A stretch of 64,000 nucleotides of DNA. Origin: an uncultured Rivularia sp. (GTDB taxonomy: Bacteria; Cyanobacteriota; Cyanobacteriia; Cyanobacteriales; Nostocaceae). Made by a program: the position numbers and the translations under genes. The stretch lies in the NCBI GenBank assembly GCA_963665115.1, contig OY762007.1, forward strand, positions 3,936,001 to 4,000,000, given 5' to 3'. This document shows, one piece after another, positions 22,345 to 33,075 of this stretch (positions within the stretch are counted from its first letter, which is position 1; each line of letters begins with the position of its first letter). Below the pieces are notes generated by a model that had not been told where the DNA came from, ran no database searches, and saw only the letters and a program-made list of their open reading frames with translations.

Positions 22345-24639
22345 GAGAGCGTCCATTTGATAACTACCGCGTCGCTATTACAGAACCCTCCGACTTCTTC
22401 GGGCGCAGTCAATTAATTAATACCATGCTCAAATCCCCCTTTCAGGTGCGGATATTGTTAGGTGGAAGGCGTTTGGGTAAAACCAGTGCTTTACGTGCCG
22501 TAGAATGGAATTTACTCAATCCCAACACGAAATATTTACGTCGCGCTTTTCCCGTATTAATTAACCTCCAATTAGAACAACCAAAAGACTTAGACAATCT
22601 GCGCTACCTCCTCATTGCCAGACTCCGAGAAGCTATAGAATCTTGGCGAAAAGTCCCCGTTACAGAAATTCGTCAAATGTACCGCGAATTTCTCAGGCAA
22701 ATTCCAGGGACTGGAAATACTGAAAAATTCTTTGCAGAAAATAGTATTAAATTAAACACTAATAATTCCGACTCCGAAAAGCGTTTAAATAACGATAGCT
22801 TTAGAACCGCATTCTTAAAAACTACAGAAGAACTACGCCAGATAAAATTTCAAGGCGTTTGCTTCCTGATTGATGGTGCTGAATACATTGTTCGCCAAAA
22901 TTGGGCTACTGACGCTTGGTCTTACTTACGCGGCTTAAAAGATACCGATATTGCAATTAAATCAGCATTAGGTTTACTACTCTCCGGCTACCGAGACTTA
23001 AAAGAATATCAGCAGCGCGTTGGCTCCCCATTATTAAACATCGCCGAAATCGAATGGTTAGCCACCTTAAGCGACGAAGATACAAAAAAACTGATCTGCG
23101 ATCGCGCAGAAAAAGAGAATATATCCTTAAGTGAAAATAAAATCGCCGAAATCATCGAATTGTCGGGATGCCATCCTTACCTTACCCAACAATTACTCAA
23201 CATGAATTTTGACTCCCAGCAACAGGAGTCAAAAGGTAATCTTATCAATAAATTATTACAGCATCACGACAAAGATTTCTCCTCCTGGTGGAATGCGGAA
23301 CATCTTTCTGGTTGCTTTAGCGAAGACGAGCGCAAAATCTATTCTGCCCTAGTTCAGAAACGCCAAGCCACCCCCCAAGATTTAGCAAATTATACAAACT
23401 TCAGCCGAGTCAAAACATCAGAAGCTTTAGAAGTTATAGCTGGTACTGGTGTAATCCGCTCATCGGATGACGAATACTATATATTAGGCTCTTGCTTATT
23501 TAAGAAATGGGTTAAAGATTTAATTTCTACCGTAGATAATTCAAACCCCAAAAATCAAGAATTATTGGCAAATCAAAGTCCAATGAATTATCAAGATTTT
23601 CAAATATTAGTCAGCAACAACAAAAATATTCGCGCTTCCTCAGAGCAAGGTGAAGTAACAAGCGCATTATTACTAGATACAAATAAAATCAATCTGACAT
23701 TAAAACTTATTGAGCAGAATCAAACAGATACCGAATTGCTCAAAGCACTAGGCAACGAACTTTACCAAGCCCTTTTTCCCAATCAAATCAACGCTCGATT
23801 TCATGCAACAATGGCTGGGGCACAAGCGAATCAAGACAACGTGCGCCTACGCTTAGTGTTTGAATCTCCAGAATTAGCTTCCTTACCCTGGGAATTTCTC
23901 TACGACAAAGAAACCAACACCTTTCTAGGAAACAACATTCAAACAGTACTCTCTCGCTACATTGATATCCCCCTAAAACCTCGCGAAATCAAAACCGCTA
24001 CCTTACCCCTAAAAATCTTGCTAGTTATATCCAGCCCTAGCAACTTAGCTAATTTAGACACGAGTAGCGAAGAAAATCTCATCCGCGAAGCACTAGCACA
24101 ACAGATACAAGCTGGTGAAATTGAATTAGATGTATTACGAGAAGCTAGCATCCGTAATATCAATCAAAAACTGGATGAAAAATCTTATAATATCTTTCAT
24201 TTTATCGGTCATGGTGTCTTTGAAAATAATAAAGGCTCTATTGCTCTCATAGATAACCTTGGTAAATCCAAATTGGTAGATGATGAGAGTTTCGCCAACT
24301 TTTTTTTAGGCAATAACAATATAAGCTTAGTCGTACTAAATTCCTGTCAGGGAGCAAAACTATCTTCTCATCAAGTTATGAGGGGAAACAGCACCTAATT
24401 TAGTACGCCGTGGAATACCCGCAGTAGTAGCCATGCAATACAATATCTTAGACAGCAGTGCCAAACTTTTTGCTTCGGAATTCTACCGTAAATTAGCAAT
24501 AGGCTTGCCCGTAGATGCAGCGATTCAAAAAACCCGCAATGCCATTTCGATGGAAATCGGACTTAATCAGCGCGACTTTGCCACACCAGTACTTTATATG
24601 CGAGCCAAAGATGGAATCATCTTGAGTGGATTATCTTGA
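22329..24639 (+). CDS. P-loop (STAND/AAA-type) ATPase fused to a CHAT (caspase/HetF-like) protease domain; +1 frameshift near 24386 (about 769 aa if repaired)
   Basis: FFGR...GGRRLGKTS, FLIDGAE, LSGCHPYL; CHAT motifs LPWEFL, HFIGHG and LNSCQG. Removing one base gives GTAPNLVRRGIPAVVAMQY, continuing into ORF 24433-24639. Confidence 0.88.
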
Positions 24640-24830
24640 ATCACGTCGCTTTGATTTTAATAATGCCGGTATGGAAAAATAGAATCTCATGGCGATCGCC
24701 CTTAATACACCCTTTTCTTAGTCGGTAATTTTATTATCTAATAATAACCTATAAGGGCAGGCATCAATTACAATTTGTTTAAGTTTTGGTGCAGCTTGAC
24801 GAATATGTTTATTGACTAAATTAACTGGTT

Positions 24831-25691
24831 ATGGATAGTCAGACATTCTTTAACAATAGAATTGCCGTACTCGCTACTATGCATAAAAAGGAGAGGGTTA
24901 TTGCTCCCCTTTTTGATCGAGAATTAAGTATTAAAGTAACGGTACCGCAATTAGATACCGATAAATTTGGTTCTTTTACAAGGGAAATAGAGCGCTCCGG
25001 CAGTCAAATAGAAGCTGCAAGATTGAAAGCACAGCAAGCACTTTCATTAACTGGTGAAAGTTTGGGAGTTGCCAGCGAAGGAAGTTTTGCTCCTCACCCT
25101 TCTTTACCTTATATTCCTTGCAATCGAGAAATTGTAATTCTTATAGATAAAGAAAATGATTTAGAAATTATTGGAGAAGAGTTATCGACAGATACCAATC
25201 ACAGTCATTTAAAAGTCAGCGATATACAGCAAGCTATCGATTTTGCTGAAAAAGTCGGTTTTCCCGAACATGGTTTGGTTGTGATGCTGAACGATTATCC
25301 TGAAAATAGCGACGAGATAATCAAAGGAATCAATACACAAGAAACATTGATTGCAGCAGTAAATAATAGTTTGACAAAATCGCCAAATCGTAAAGTACAT
25401 CTCGAAACTGATATGCGAGCGATGTACAATCCAACACGGATGAAAAATATAGAAAAAGCAACTTACAATCTGATAGCAAAAATCAATTGTCTTTGTCCGA
25501 AATGTTCAACACCCGGTTTTGATATTATTCAACGAATTCCGGGATTACCTTGTGAATGGTGTAGCGCTCCAACTAGCTTAACTAGCTCTGCAATATATAA
25601 ATGCCAAAAATGTAATTTTAGGAAAGAACAATTATTCCCTGACGGTAAACAGTTTGCTAACCCCGCTCAATGTATGTATTGCAATCCTTGA
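24831..25691 (+). CDS. DUF6671-like protein with a Cys-rich C-terminus
   Basis: ATMHKKE, DTDKFGSFTREIER, ASEGSF.PHP, ETDMRAMYNPTRM, and four CxxC pairs ending CMYCNP. Confidence 0.8.
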   Translation: MDSQTFFNNRIAVLATMHKKERVIAPLFDRELSIKVTVPQLDTDKFGSFTREIERSGSQIEAARLKAQQALSLTGESLGVASEGSFAPHPSLPYIPCNREIVILIDKENDLEIIGEELSTDTNHSHLKVSDIQQAIDFAEKVGFPEHGLVVMLNDYPENSDEIIKGINTQETLIAAVNNSLTKSPNRKVHLETDMRAMYNPTRMKNIEKATYNLIAKINCLCPKCSTPGFDIIQRIPGLPCEWCSAPTSLTSSAIYKCQKCNFRKEQLFPDGKQFANPAQCMYCNP

Positions 25692-25789
25692 GCTATAAAA
25701 TTTTAGATTTTAGATTAGATTACGAAAGTTAAATCGAAAATACGCAATAAAATCAACAATGATGAGTAGCTTTTATCGCTTCACATAAT

Positions 25790-25866
25790 AAAAAACTCTC
25801 TAACCGTTTGCAAGGAAAGAGAGCTTATAGTGTGTGGTGTGAGGAATGTTGTTGTATGCTGTCTAT
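25790..25866 (-). ncRNA. Candidate small RNA with a Yfr1-like AUUCCUCACACCACAC motif
   Basis: Minus-strand TATAAT at 25877-25872, motif at 25847-25832, intrinsic terminator CTCTCT...AGAGAG-T6 ending near 25790; no ORF. Confidence 0.55.
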
Positions 25867-25953
25867 AACCAATTATACTTATCAAGTATGAAGTATATGT
25901 TACCAAAATATAAAATTTATATGTAGATTAACTCTGATGGGAGAAAAATAAAA

Positions 25954-26185
25954 TTAAAGCATTTTTTCTCGAAATTGTTTAGCGCGATCGCACTTTGGAC
26001 TTCCGAAGAAATCCTTTGGTGAAGCGTCTTCTGCTAAACATCGGTTATCAAGACATATGATTCGACTTGTGACTTCCCTTAAAAAACCCATTTCCTGAGT
26101 AACTATCGCGTTGCTTTTGCCCTCCCGAAAGTTTTGCCGGATAAACATCTGCTTTTTCTGCTAAACCGACTTTTTCAAGTAATTC
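25954..26185 (-). pseudogene. Remnant of a polar amino-acid ABC transporter ATP-binding subunit (GlnQ-like)
   Basis: One frame reads ELLEKVGLAEKADVYPAKLSGGQKQR and joins out of frame to AIVTQEMGFLREV...PKCDRAKQF. The N-terminus, Walker A and Walker B are missing. Confidence 0.85.
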
Positions 26186-26290
26186 AGGGGAGTAAATAAA
26201 GAGGATTATATTAATTATCGTGAAGCTGTTGGTAAATGTCTATATATAATCTTGTCCACATCACAAGATTGTATTAAATAAGTAAATACA

Positions 26291-26316
26291 AAAAAAAGCC
26301 CGCTGGTGCGGGCTTC
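26291..26316 (-). terminator. Intrinsic terminator after acnB
   Basis: Minus strand AAGCCCGC-ACCA-GCGGGCTT followed by a T run. Confidence 0.8.
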
Positions 26317-26362
26317 ACTAACACAACCCCACATTTCAAGCTGCGGGCAATCAACAAATCAA

Positions 26363-29038
26363 CTAATTCCCAGCCCCAGTCGGCATTCCTAAAATATCCT
26401 CAATCTTCGGCATATCTTCCAACGCAATCACCCTACCTTCATCCTCAAAACCTTGAATTTGGTCAAAGTTCAAATATTTGTACAAATCATCAGCAAAAGG
26501 ATGAATTTTCTTCGCCACAATATCCATATACTCTTGCACGGAAGGCAGTTTTCCTAACAATCCACAAACGGCTGCTAACTCTGCCGAACCAAGGTAAACT
26601 TGCGCTCCTTTACCCATACGATTGTTAAAGTTTCTTGTAGATGTTGAAAACACCGTAGCGCCATCTTCTACTCTTGCTTGATTCCCCATACATAGGCTAC
26701 AACCTGGCATTTCTGTTCTTGCATTTGCGCCGTCAAATACTTCGTAAATACCTTCTTCTTTCAGTTGCTTTTCATCCATGCGGGTAGGGGGACAAATCCA
26801 CAATTGAGTAGTAACTTTTCCGGCATTTTCTAATACTTTGGAAGCTGCTCTATAGTGTCCAATATTGGTCATACAGGAACCAATAAATACTTCGTCAACT
26901 TTATTACCGACTACTTCCGATAGTAATTTTACGTTATCGGGATCGTTGGGTGCTGCTACTATTGGTTCTTTAATTTCGTTCAAATCAATTTCGATTACTT
27001 CTGCATATTCGGCATTTTCATCACCTGACATTAATTCGGGATTTGCTAACCATTCTTCCATTTTGGCTACTCGACGCAATATTGTACGAGCGTCTTGATA
27101 ACCACGGGCTGCCATATTTTTCAACAAAGCGACGTTGGAACGCAGATATTCGGCAACTGTTGATTCGCTTAATTTAATCGTACAGCCAGCACAGGAACGT
27201 TCGGCGCTGGCATCTGTTAATTCAAACGCTTGCTCTACTTTCAAATCTGGTAAGCCTTCGATTTCCATGATTCTTCCAGCGAAGACGTTTTTCTTGTTTT
27301 TCTTCTCTACTGTCAGCAAACCTTGTTGAATTGCGACGTAGGGAATTGCGTTAACAACGTCTCGTAAAGTAACACCGGGTTGCAATTCACCTTTAAATCT
27401 TACCAAAACCGATTCGGGCATATCCAAAGGCATTACACCCAAAGCTGCGGCAAATGCTACTAAACCGGAACCTGCGGGGAAGGATATTCCCAAGGGGAAA
27501 CGAGTATGGGAGTCACCACCAGTTCCCACGGTATCTGGTAAAAGCATTCGGTTTAACCACGAGTGAATAATACCATCACCGGGACGCAAAGCCACACCGC
27601 CACGTTGAGCGAAAAAGTCTGGTAATTGTTTGTGAGTTTCTACGTCAACGGGTTTGGGATAAGCTGCGGTGTGACAGAAGCTTTGCATTACCAAGTCAGC
27701 GGAAAAGCCCAGACAAGCAAGTTCTTTTAATTCGTCGCGAGTCATCGGTCCGGTGGTATCCTGAGAACCAACGGTAGTCATCAGCGGCTCGCAAGACATA
27801 CCGGGGAGTACTCCTGGTAATCCGCAGGCTTTCCCGACCATTTTCTGCGCTAAGGTAAAGCCTTTTCCGCTATCTTGAGGTGCTTGGGGACGAATAAATA
27901 AGGTACTGGGTTCTAAATTTAAAGCTTCGCGGATTTTATCAGTAAGCGCACGTCCGATAAGTAACGGAATTCTGCCACCAGCGCGTACTTCATCAAAAAT
28001 AGTTTCGGGTTTTAGCTTAAATGTGGAAATAACTTCGCCGTCTTCGTTGGTAATTTCCCCTTTGTAGGGATGAATCGTAATTACCATACCCGTTTCCATC
28101 TTGCTGACATCGCACTCGATGGGTAAAGCACCCGCATCTTCGGCAGTGTTGAAGAATATTGGCGCGATACTGCTGCCTAAAATATATCCTCCCGCACGCT
28201 TATTTGGTACGTAAGGAATATCCTCTCCCAAATGCCACAATACCGAATTAATCGCCGATTTGCGCGATGAGCCAGTTCCGACTACATCCCCAACATATGC
28301 CACGGGATGCCCTTTTTCTTTCAACTTCGCAATAGTTTCTAAGCCATCGGGCATGGAACTTTCCAACATTGCCAAAGCGTGAAGGGGAATATCTGGGCGC
28401 GTGGTAGCGTGGGTTGCGGGTGATAAGTCGTCAGTATTGGTTTCACCGGGAACTTTGAAAACAGTAACGGCGATCGATTCGGGTACTTCCGGACGAATTG
28501 TAAACCATTCCGCTTCCGCCCAAGAATCTACCACTCGTTTGGCGAAGGGGTTAGTTTCAGCAAGTTCTAAAATATCGTGAAAGGCATCGTAAACCAACAC
28601 CGTTTTACTCAAAGCCGTTACTGCGTGGGCTGCAATGGGTTCCTTTCCTTCACCACCCATAACCAAAGGAGTTTCGGAAGAGTCGGATACCGATACAGTC
28701 GCAGTTTGTAACAGTTCAATCAAAGACTGAACGTTGTAACCACCCACCATAGTACCCAGTAACTGTACTGCTTCGATAGGTGAAATCAAAGGGCACTCTA
28801 TTTCTTCTTTAGCAATCCCGGTAAGAAATCCAGCCTTTACATAAGCTGCCGGATCTACTCCGGGGGAAACTCGATCTCGCAGCAAATGCAGTAAAAATTC
28901 TGCTTCACCTTCTGGTGGATTTTTCAGTAATTCACACAGTTCAGAGGTTTGCTTTGCATCTAATGGTAAGGGAGGAATCCCTAATGCAGTTCTTTCTTTA
29001 GCGCGATCGCGATATGATTCAAGCATTTTCATCTCCAC
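26363..29038 (-). CDS. acnB: Aconitate hydratase B
   Basis: [61 protein letters not shown]. The exact start may be 29032 or 29026. Confidence 0.97.
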   Translation of the reverse strand: MEMKMLESYRDRAKERTALGIPPLPLDAKQTSELCELLKNPPEGEAEFLLHLLRDRVSPGVDPAAYVKAGFLTGIAKEEIECPLISPIEAVQLLGTMVGGYNVQSLIELLQTATVSVSDSSETPLVMGGEGKEPIAAHAVTALSKTVLVYDAFHDILELAETNPFAKRVVDSWAEAEWFTIRPEVPESIAVTVFKVPGETNTDDLSPATHATTRPDIPLHALAMLESSMPDGLETIAKLKEKGHPVAYVGDVVGTGSSRKSAINSVLWHLGEDIPYVPNKRAGGYILGSSIAPIFFNTAEDAGALPIECDVSKMETGMVITIHPYKGEITNEDGEVISTFKLKPETIFDEVRAGGRIPLLIGRALTDKIREALNLEPSTLFIRPQAPQDSGKGFTLAQKMVGKACGLPGVLPGMSCEPLMTTVGSQDTTGPMTRDELKELACLGFSADLVMQSFCHTAAYPKPVDVETHKQLPDFFAQRGGVALRPGDGIIHSWLNRMLLPDTVGTGGDSHTRFPLGISFPAGSGLVAFAAALGVMPLDMPESVLVRFKGELQPGVTLRDVVNAIPYVAIQQGLLTVEKKNKKNVFAGRIMEIEGLPDLKVEQAFELTDASAERSCAGCTIKLSESTVAEYLRSNVALLKNMAARGYQDARTILRRVAKMEEWLANPELMSGDENAEYAEVIEIDLNEIKEPIVAAPNDPDNVKLLSEVVGNKVDEVFIGSCMTNIGHYRAASKVLENAGKVTTQLWICPPTRMDEKQLKEEGIYEVFDGANARTEMPGCSLCMGNQARVEDGATVFSTSTRNFNNRMGKGAQVYLGSAELAAVCGLLGKLPSVQEYMDIVAKKIHPFADDLYKYLNFDQIQGFEDEGRVIALEDMPKIEDILGMPTGAGN

Positions 29039-29513
29039 GAATACAATTTAAAACTTATAATTGAATGTTTATTGTTCGATCTACTTTTTAGAGTAACTTT
29101 TATTGAAAAGTCTTCGATTCTCCCACAGATAGAGTTGTCAGTATTTATCGTAATTATCTTGTTTTATGCGATACAAATTATCTTGTAAATCACTTCCGAA
29201 AATAGTTTTTGCGAAGCAGTTACTATTATCAATCAAAAGCATTGTTCGGTTTGCATTTACAAACAATATTTTTCATGTGTAGATAGCCACTTTTGTTTTT
29301 GCGAAATCAAATTATGATATTCTGACAATTAGCATTGTAAGCAAACTTACTTATACAGCCGTTTTATAATTCTTATTATTATCACTCTACAGGCAATGGT
29401 GGCAAATTTATCTAATTGAAAATAATTCTTATATATTGCTTAATGGTTGAATTTTATCGTTATTAATAATATAAAATATTCAGTATTATACGGACGCATA
29501 CCATATATTGTAT

Positions 29514-29834
29514 ATGACTACAACTTATACTGTTGAATTCATCCATCAGGGTAAAACACACACTTTACAGGTACCCGAAGACAAAACTATTCTATCTGTT
29601 GCTGAGGAGGCGGGTTTAGAATTACCTTCTTCATGTAATGCTGGTGTTTGTACTACCTGTGCCGGTAAAATCACTAATGGTGGTAGCGTAGATCAAAGCG
29701 AGGGCATGGGAGTTAGTCCAGATTTACAGGAGCAAGGTTTTGCGCTGCTTTGCGTTTCCTATCCTCGTTCCGATTTGAAGATTGAAACCGAGCAGGAAGA
29801 TACTGTCTATCAAAATCAGTTTGGTAAAGATTAA
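29514..29834 (+). CDS. 2Fe-2S ferredoxin (Fed3/FdC1-like)
   Basis: LPSSCNAGVCTTCA...ALLCVSYPRSD with a C-terminal VYQNQFG extension. Confidence 0.92.
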   Translation: MTTTYTVEFIHQGKTHTLQVPEDKTILSVAEEAGLELPSSCNAGVCTTCAGKITNGGSVDQSEGMGVSPDLQEQGFALLCVSYPRSDLKIETEQEDTVYQNQFGKD

Positions 29835-29940
29835 TTATTACTTTTAGTTTAGCGATCGACTGTTATTGAATGGCAGTCGATTGTTATGGGTTTTATAAAA
29901 AAGGGAACAGGGAACAGTAAGTAGGGGAAAAGAATAAATA

Positions 29941-30120
29941 ATGATTACTGATTTTATTAGCTTAGAAATTGATTTACAAAAAGATATAGCTGAGTTACAA
30001 AAGTCTGTAGAATTTGAATTACAAAAATATGGTAAACCTTTACGTTGGGCTATTACTGCTGTGGATTCTGAGAAAGGAAAAGTGACTTTAGAAGCGGTTG
30101 TGACGATAGAAGAAAGTTAA
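29941..30120 (+). CDS. Small hypothetical protein (59 aa), below the ORF-track cutoff
   Basis: Translates as MITDFISLEIDLQKDIAELQKSVEFELQKYGKPLRWAITAVDSEKGKVTLEAVVTIEES*, with a purine-rich leader, co-oriented with the ferredoxin. Confidence 0.75.
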   Translation: MITDFISLEIDLQKDIAELQKSVEFELQKYGKPLRWAITAVDSEKGKVTLEAVVTIEES

Positions 30121-30199
30121 CTATAAGAAATAAATAACTTGTTCTCATCCTTTTTAAATTTATTATTTCATTTTTTATATTATTCAAGGAATAGGTTAT

Positions 30200-30793
30200 A
30201 TGGCTTACAGCGATTTAACGTTAAGTAAGTTTAAAAATAATTTTGATATTCATATACACGAAGTTGCCGATTTATTTGCAAATGTTGAACCTTTAGAAGC
30301 TAGCGATAAATTAAAAAGCGATTTAAAAGAAACTGCCGAACTCGCTTTAGCAATTAATACCGAGAAAGCACGTTCGGAAATGATTATTCTGCCTATTTTG
30401 CTAGAAATTAGACGTAGAACTAATTATCAGATAAGTTTATTTTCCGGTACGAATTTTGATGTTGATATAGAGAAAGGTTTAAATGGGTATTGCGATTTTA
30501 TTATTAGTCGTTCAAAAGAACAATTGCTTATTAATGCACCTGTTTTAATTATTATTGAAGCTAAAAATGAAAATATTAAAAACGGATTGGGACAATGTGC
30601 GGGAGCAATGCTAGCAGCACAGATATTTAATCAGCAGCAAAATAATGATATTAAAACTATTTATGGAGCGGTAACTACAGGAGATATTTGGAAGTTCATT
30701 AAATTAGAAGGAAGTAATTTGTTTATTGATTTGAATAATTATTATATTAAGGAGATTACGAATATATTAGGAATATTATATCAGACTGTATGA
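30200..30793 (+). CDS. Hypothetical protein with a PD-(D/E)xK nuclease-like fold (HsdR N-terminal-like cyanobacterial family)
   Basis: NTEKARSE, GYCDF, IIEAK, GLGQC, YGAVTTGDIWKF; AAGGA RBS upstream. Confidence 0.75.
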   Translation: MAYSDLTLSKFKNNFDIHIHEVADLFANVEPLEASDKLKSDLKETAELALAINTEKARSEMIILPILLEIRRRTNYQISLFSGTNFDVDIEKGLNGYCDFIISRSKEQLLINAPVLIIIEAKNENIKNGLGQCAGAMLAAQIFNQQQNNDIKTIYGAVTTGDIWKFIKLEGSNLFIDLNNYYIKEITNILGILYQTV

Positions 30794-30985
30794 ATAAGAT
30801 AAAAAACCTTACTAAACGCGGAGAGCGCAGAGGGAAGAGATAAAGAGAGATAGATAATTAAGAGAAAAATATCTTTAATTATTTAGTTTAACCATAGCAA
30901 CATAGCATTGCTCGCTCCCATTTTGTTAATTATTAATAAGCCAAATGATTAGATAATTGATAATTGTTCATTGATAACTGAATTA

Positions 30986-32044
30986 ATGCGTCCATATACC
31001 GCTATCTTAATTATTCCCACGGGAGTTGGAGCAGCCATCGGAGGTTATGCAGGTGATGCATTACCCGTTGCTAAAGCTATGGCTGAGGTTTGCGATGTTT
31101 TGATTACTCATCCTAATGTCCTCAATGGTGCAACTTTGTACTGGAATCTACCGAATGCTTTATATGTAGAAGGTTTTGGTATTGACAAATTTGCTGAAGG
31201 GTGTTGGGGTTTACAGCCGGTACATCAAAATAAAATTGGTTTGATTTTTGATCGAGGAATTGAACCAGATTTACGTTTAAGAAATATTCAAGCAGCAGAT
31301 GCAGCTAGAGCAACGCTGGGATTAAATTTAACAGATTATGTAGTTACCGATGCTCCGTTAAACGTCGAATTACGCTCTGCCGCATCTGGTGCCAGTTGGG
31401 GCACTATAGGCAATCCAGATAGTTTATTAAGGGCTGCGGAAAAGTTGATAAATAAAGCAGGTGCTAACGCGATCGCAGTTGTTGCTCGTTTCCCCGATAA
31501 CCTTGATGAAGAAGCAGAGCAAAACTACCGTGAAGGTAATGGAGTAGACTTAATTGCTGGTGCGGAAGCGGTAATCAGCCATTTGATAGTGCGAGAATTT
31601 GAGATTCCCTGCGCTCATTCTCCAACATTTTCTCCACCACCTTTAGATGCAAATTTATCACCACGCTCTGCTGCGGAAGAATTGGGTTATACTTTTTTAC
31701 CAAGTGTACTTGTGGGGTTAAGTCGCGCACCCCAATTTGTTAGTAGGGAATCCAATCAATTCCCTCACAACAGCGATATATGGGTGAATCAAGTTGATGC
31801 AGTGGTAGTGCCACGCAATGCTTGCGGTAGCAGTGCTTTACTGAGTTTGAGTCAAAGAAACACTCAGATAATTACTGTAGAGGAAAATCAAACTCAGATG
31901 CAAGTTCCTCCTCAACCCTTGGGAATGAAAACAATATCGGCAAGCTCTTATCTCGAAGCAATAGGAATATTAGCGGCTGATAAAGCAGGAGTTAACCCAT
32001 CTGTTTTAAGTTCTACAATATTTTCTTTACAGGCGTTAGTTTAG
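30986..32044 (+). CDS. DUF3326 family protein
   Basis: IPTGVGAAIGGYAGDALP, ITHPNVLNGA, SPRSAAEELGYTFL. Confidence 0.85.
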   Translation: MRPYTAILIIPTGVGAAIGGYAGDALPVAKAMAEVCDVLITHPNVLNGATLYWNLPNALYVEGFGIDKFAEGCWGLQPVHQNKIGLIFDRGIEPDLRLRNIQAADAARATLGLNLTDYVVTDAPLNVELRSAASGASWGTIGNPDSLLRAAEKLINKAGANAIAVVARFPDNLDEEAEQNYREGNGVDLIAGAEAVISHLIVREFEIPCAHSPTFSPPPLDANLSPRSAAEELGYTFLPSVLVGLSRAPQFVSRESNQFPHNSDIWVNQVDAVVVPRNACGSSALLSLSQRNTQIITVEENQTQMQVPPQPLGMKTISASSYLEAIGILAADKAGVNPSVLSSTIFSLQALV

Positions 32045-32124
32045 ATGTTAATTGTTTAGTTGTGAAGCTGCGCTTAGACATAGTAAAGTCAATCCAAAAT
32101 CCAAAATCTAAAATCCAAAATTGA

Positions 32125-32712
32125 ATGACGCAACAGCAAAAGCACGAGCCAGAAATTCCATACCTGACACGTACCCAAGTGCTGATGGCAATGGGAATGA
32201 CAGCTATTATTTTATGGATAATTGCCAAACTTTGGTTACAAGTTGGTGACTTTTCTTTGATGTCTTGGCGTTGGCATCAACAAGAATTATTGATAGGAGT
32301 TGCTTTAGGTTTAACTATTACCGGCTTGAGTAGTTTGGCTTATCACTTTTTGCCTTTGTACCGTAAAAGCGCCAACTATTATTTGCAAATTGTATTAAAA
32401 CCTTTAGCATTACCCGATCTAATTTGGTTGGGGTTGTTACCTGGTTTGAGTGAAGAATTACTGTTTCGGGGAGTTATGCTTCCGGCTTTGGGTTTTAATC
32501 ATTTAGCCGTCATCGTATCAAGTATTTGCTTTGGTGTTTTACATCTTAGCGGTTCTGGGCAATGGGCTTATGTGGTTTGGGCAACTATTATTGGAGTAAT
32601 TTTAGGATATAGTGCTTTACTGAGCGGTAATTTATTAGTTCCGATAGTTGCTCATGTTGTGACTAATTTAGTTTCTAGCTTTTTTTGGAAAATACAGCAG
32701 TCTAATAAATAA
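32125..32712 (+). CDS. CPBP (CAAX/Abi) family intramembrane glutamic metalloprotease
   Basis: SEELLFRG, FGVLH, PIVAHVVTN. Confidence 0.92.
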   Translation: MTQQQKHEPEIPYLTRTQVLMAMGMTAIILWIIAKLWLQVGDFSLMSWRWHQQELLIGVALGLTITGLSSLAYHFLPLYRKSANYYLQIVLKPLALPDLIWLGLLPGLSEELLFRGVMLPALGFNHLAVIVSSICFGVLHLSGSGQWAYVVWATIIGVILGYSALLSGNLLVPIVAHVVTNLVSSFFWKIQQSNK

Positions 32713-32730
32713 TTTTGCATTTTAGATTTT

Positions 32731-32843
32731 GCGGAAAGTTAGGGGTGTAAATTTTTTCCCCGTTCACCGTAAGATGCGGCTTAGTTTGTTCGTACTGCGA
32801 GAAACGTCTGCACGCAACTTCTCTTCCCCAAACTTTCCAAGAC
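32731..32843. mobile_element. Small dispersed element GCGGAAAGTT...AACTTTCCAAGAC inserted in an (ATTTTAG)n repeat
   Basis: Same termini and flanking heptamers as 52657-52749; the arms pair. Confidence 0.7.
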
Positions 32844-33005
32844 AGATTTAGGATTGAACTGCTATTCCAACTTTGGTGACAATAAAAATCTGAAATATAT
32901 TTATCAATAATCTCCTTGCCTTTTCTTTAAAGAAGAGTTTAATCAAAATATAAAATTAAATAAGTTAGACAAACTAAGAATAATCTGGAGATGCTAGATA
33001 TGAAC

Positions 33006-33033
33006 AAACCCGGTTTTTCAAAAAACCGGGTTT
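33006..33033. repeat. Palindrome AAACCCGGTTTTT-CA-AAAAACCGGGTTT (REP-like or bidirectional terminator)
   Basis: Perfect 13-bp stem just downstream of bcsA. Confidence 0.7.
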
Positions 33034-33075
33034 CTAAGCATCTAAAATTTTTACAAATGATTTAGAATTAAATAT

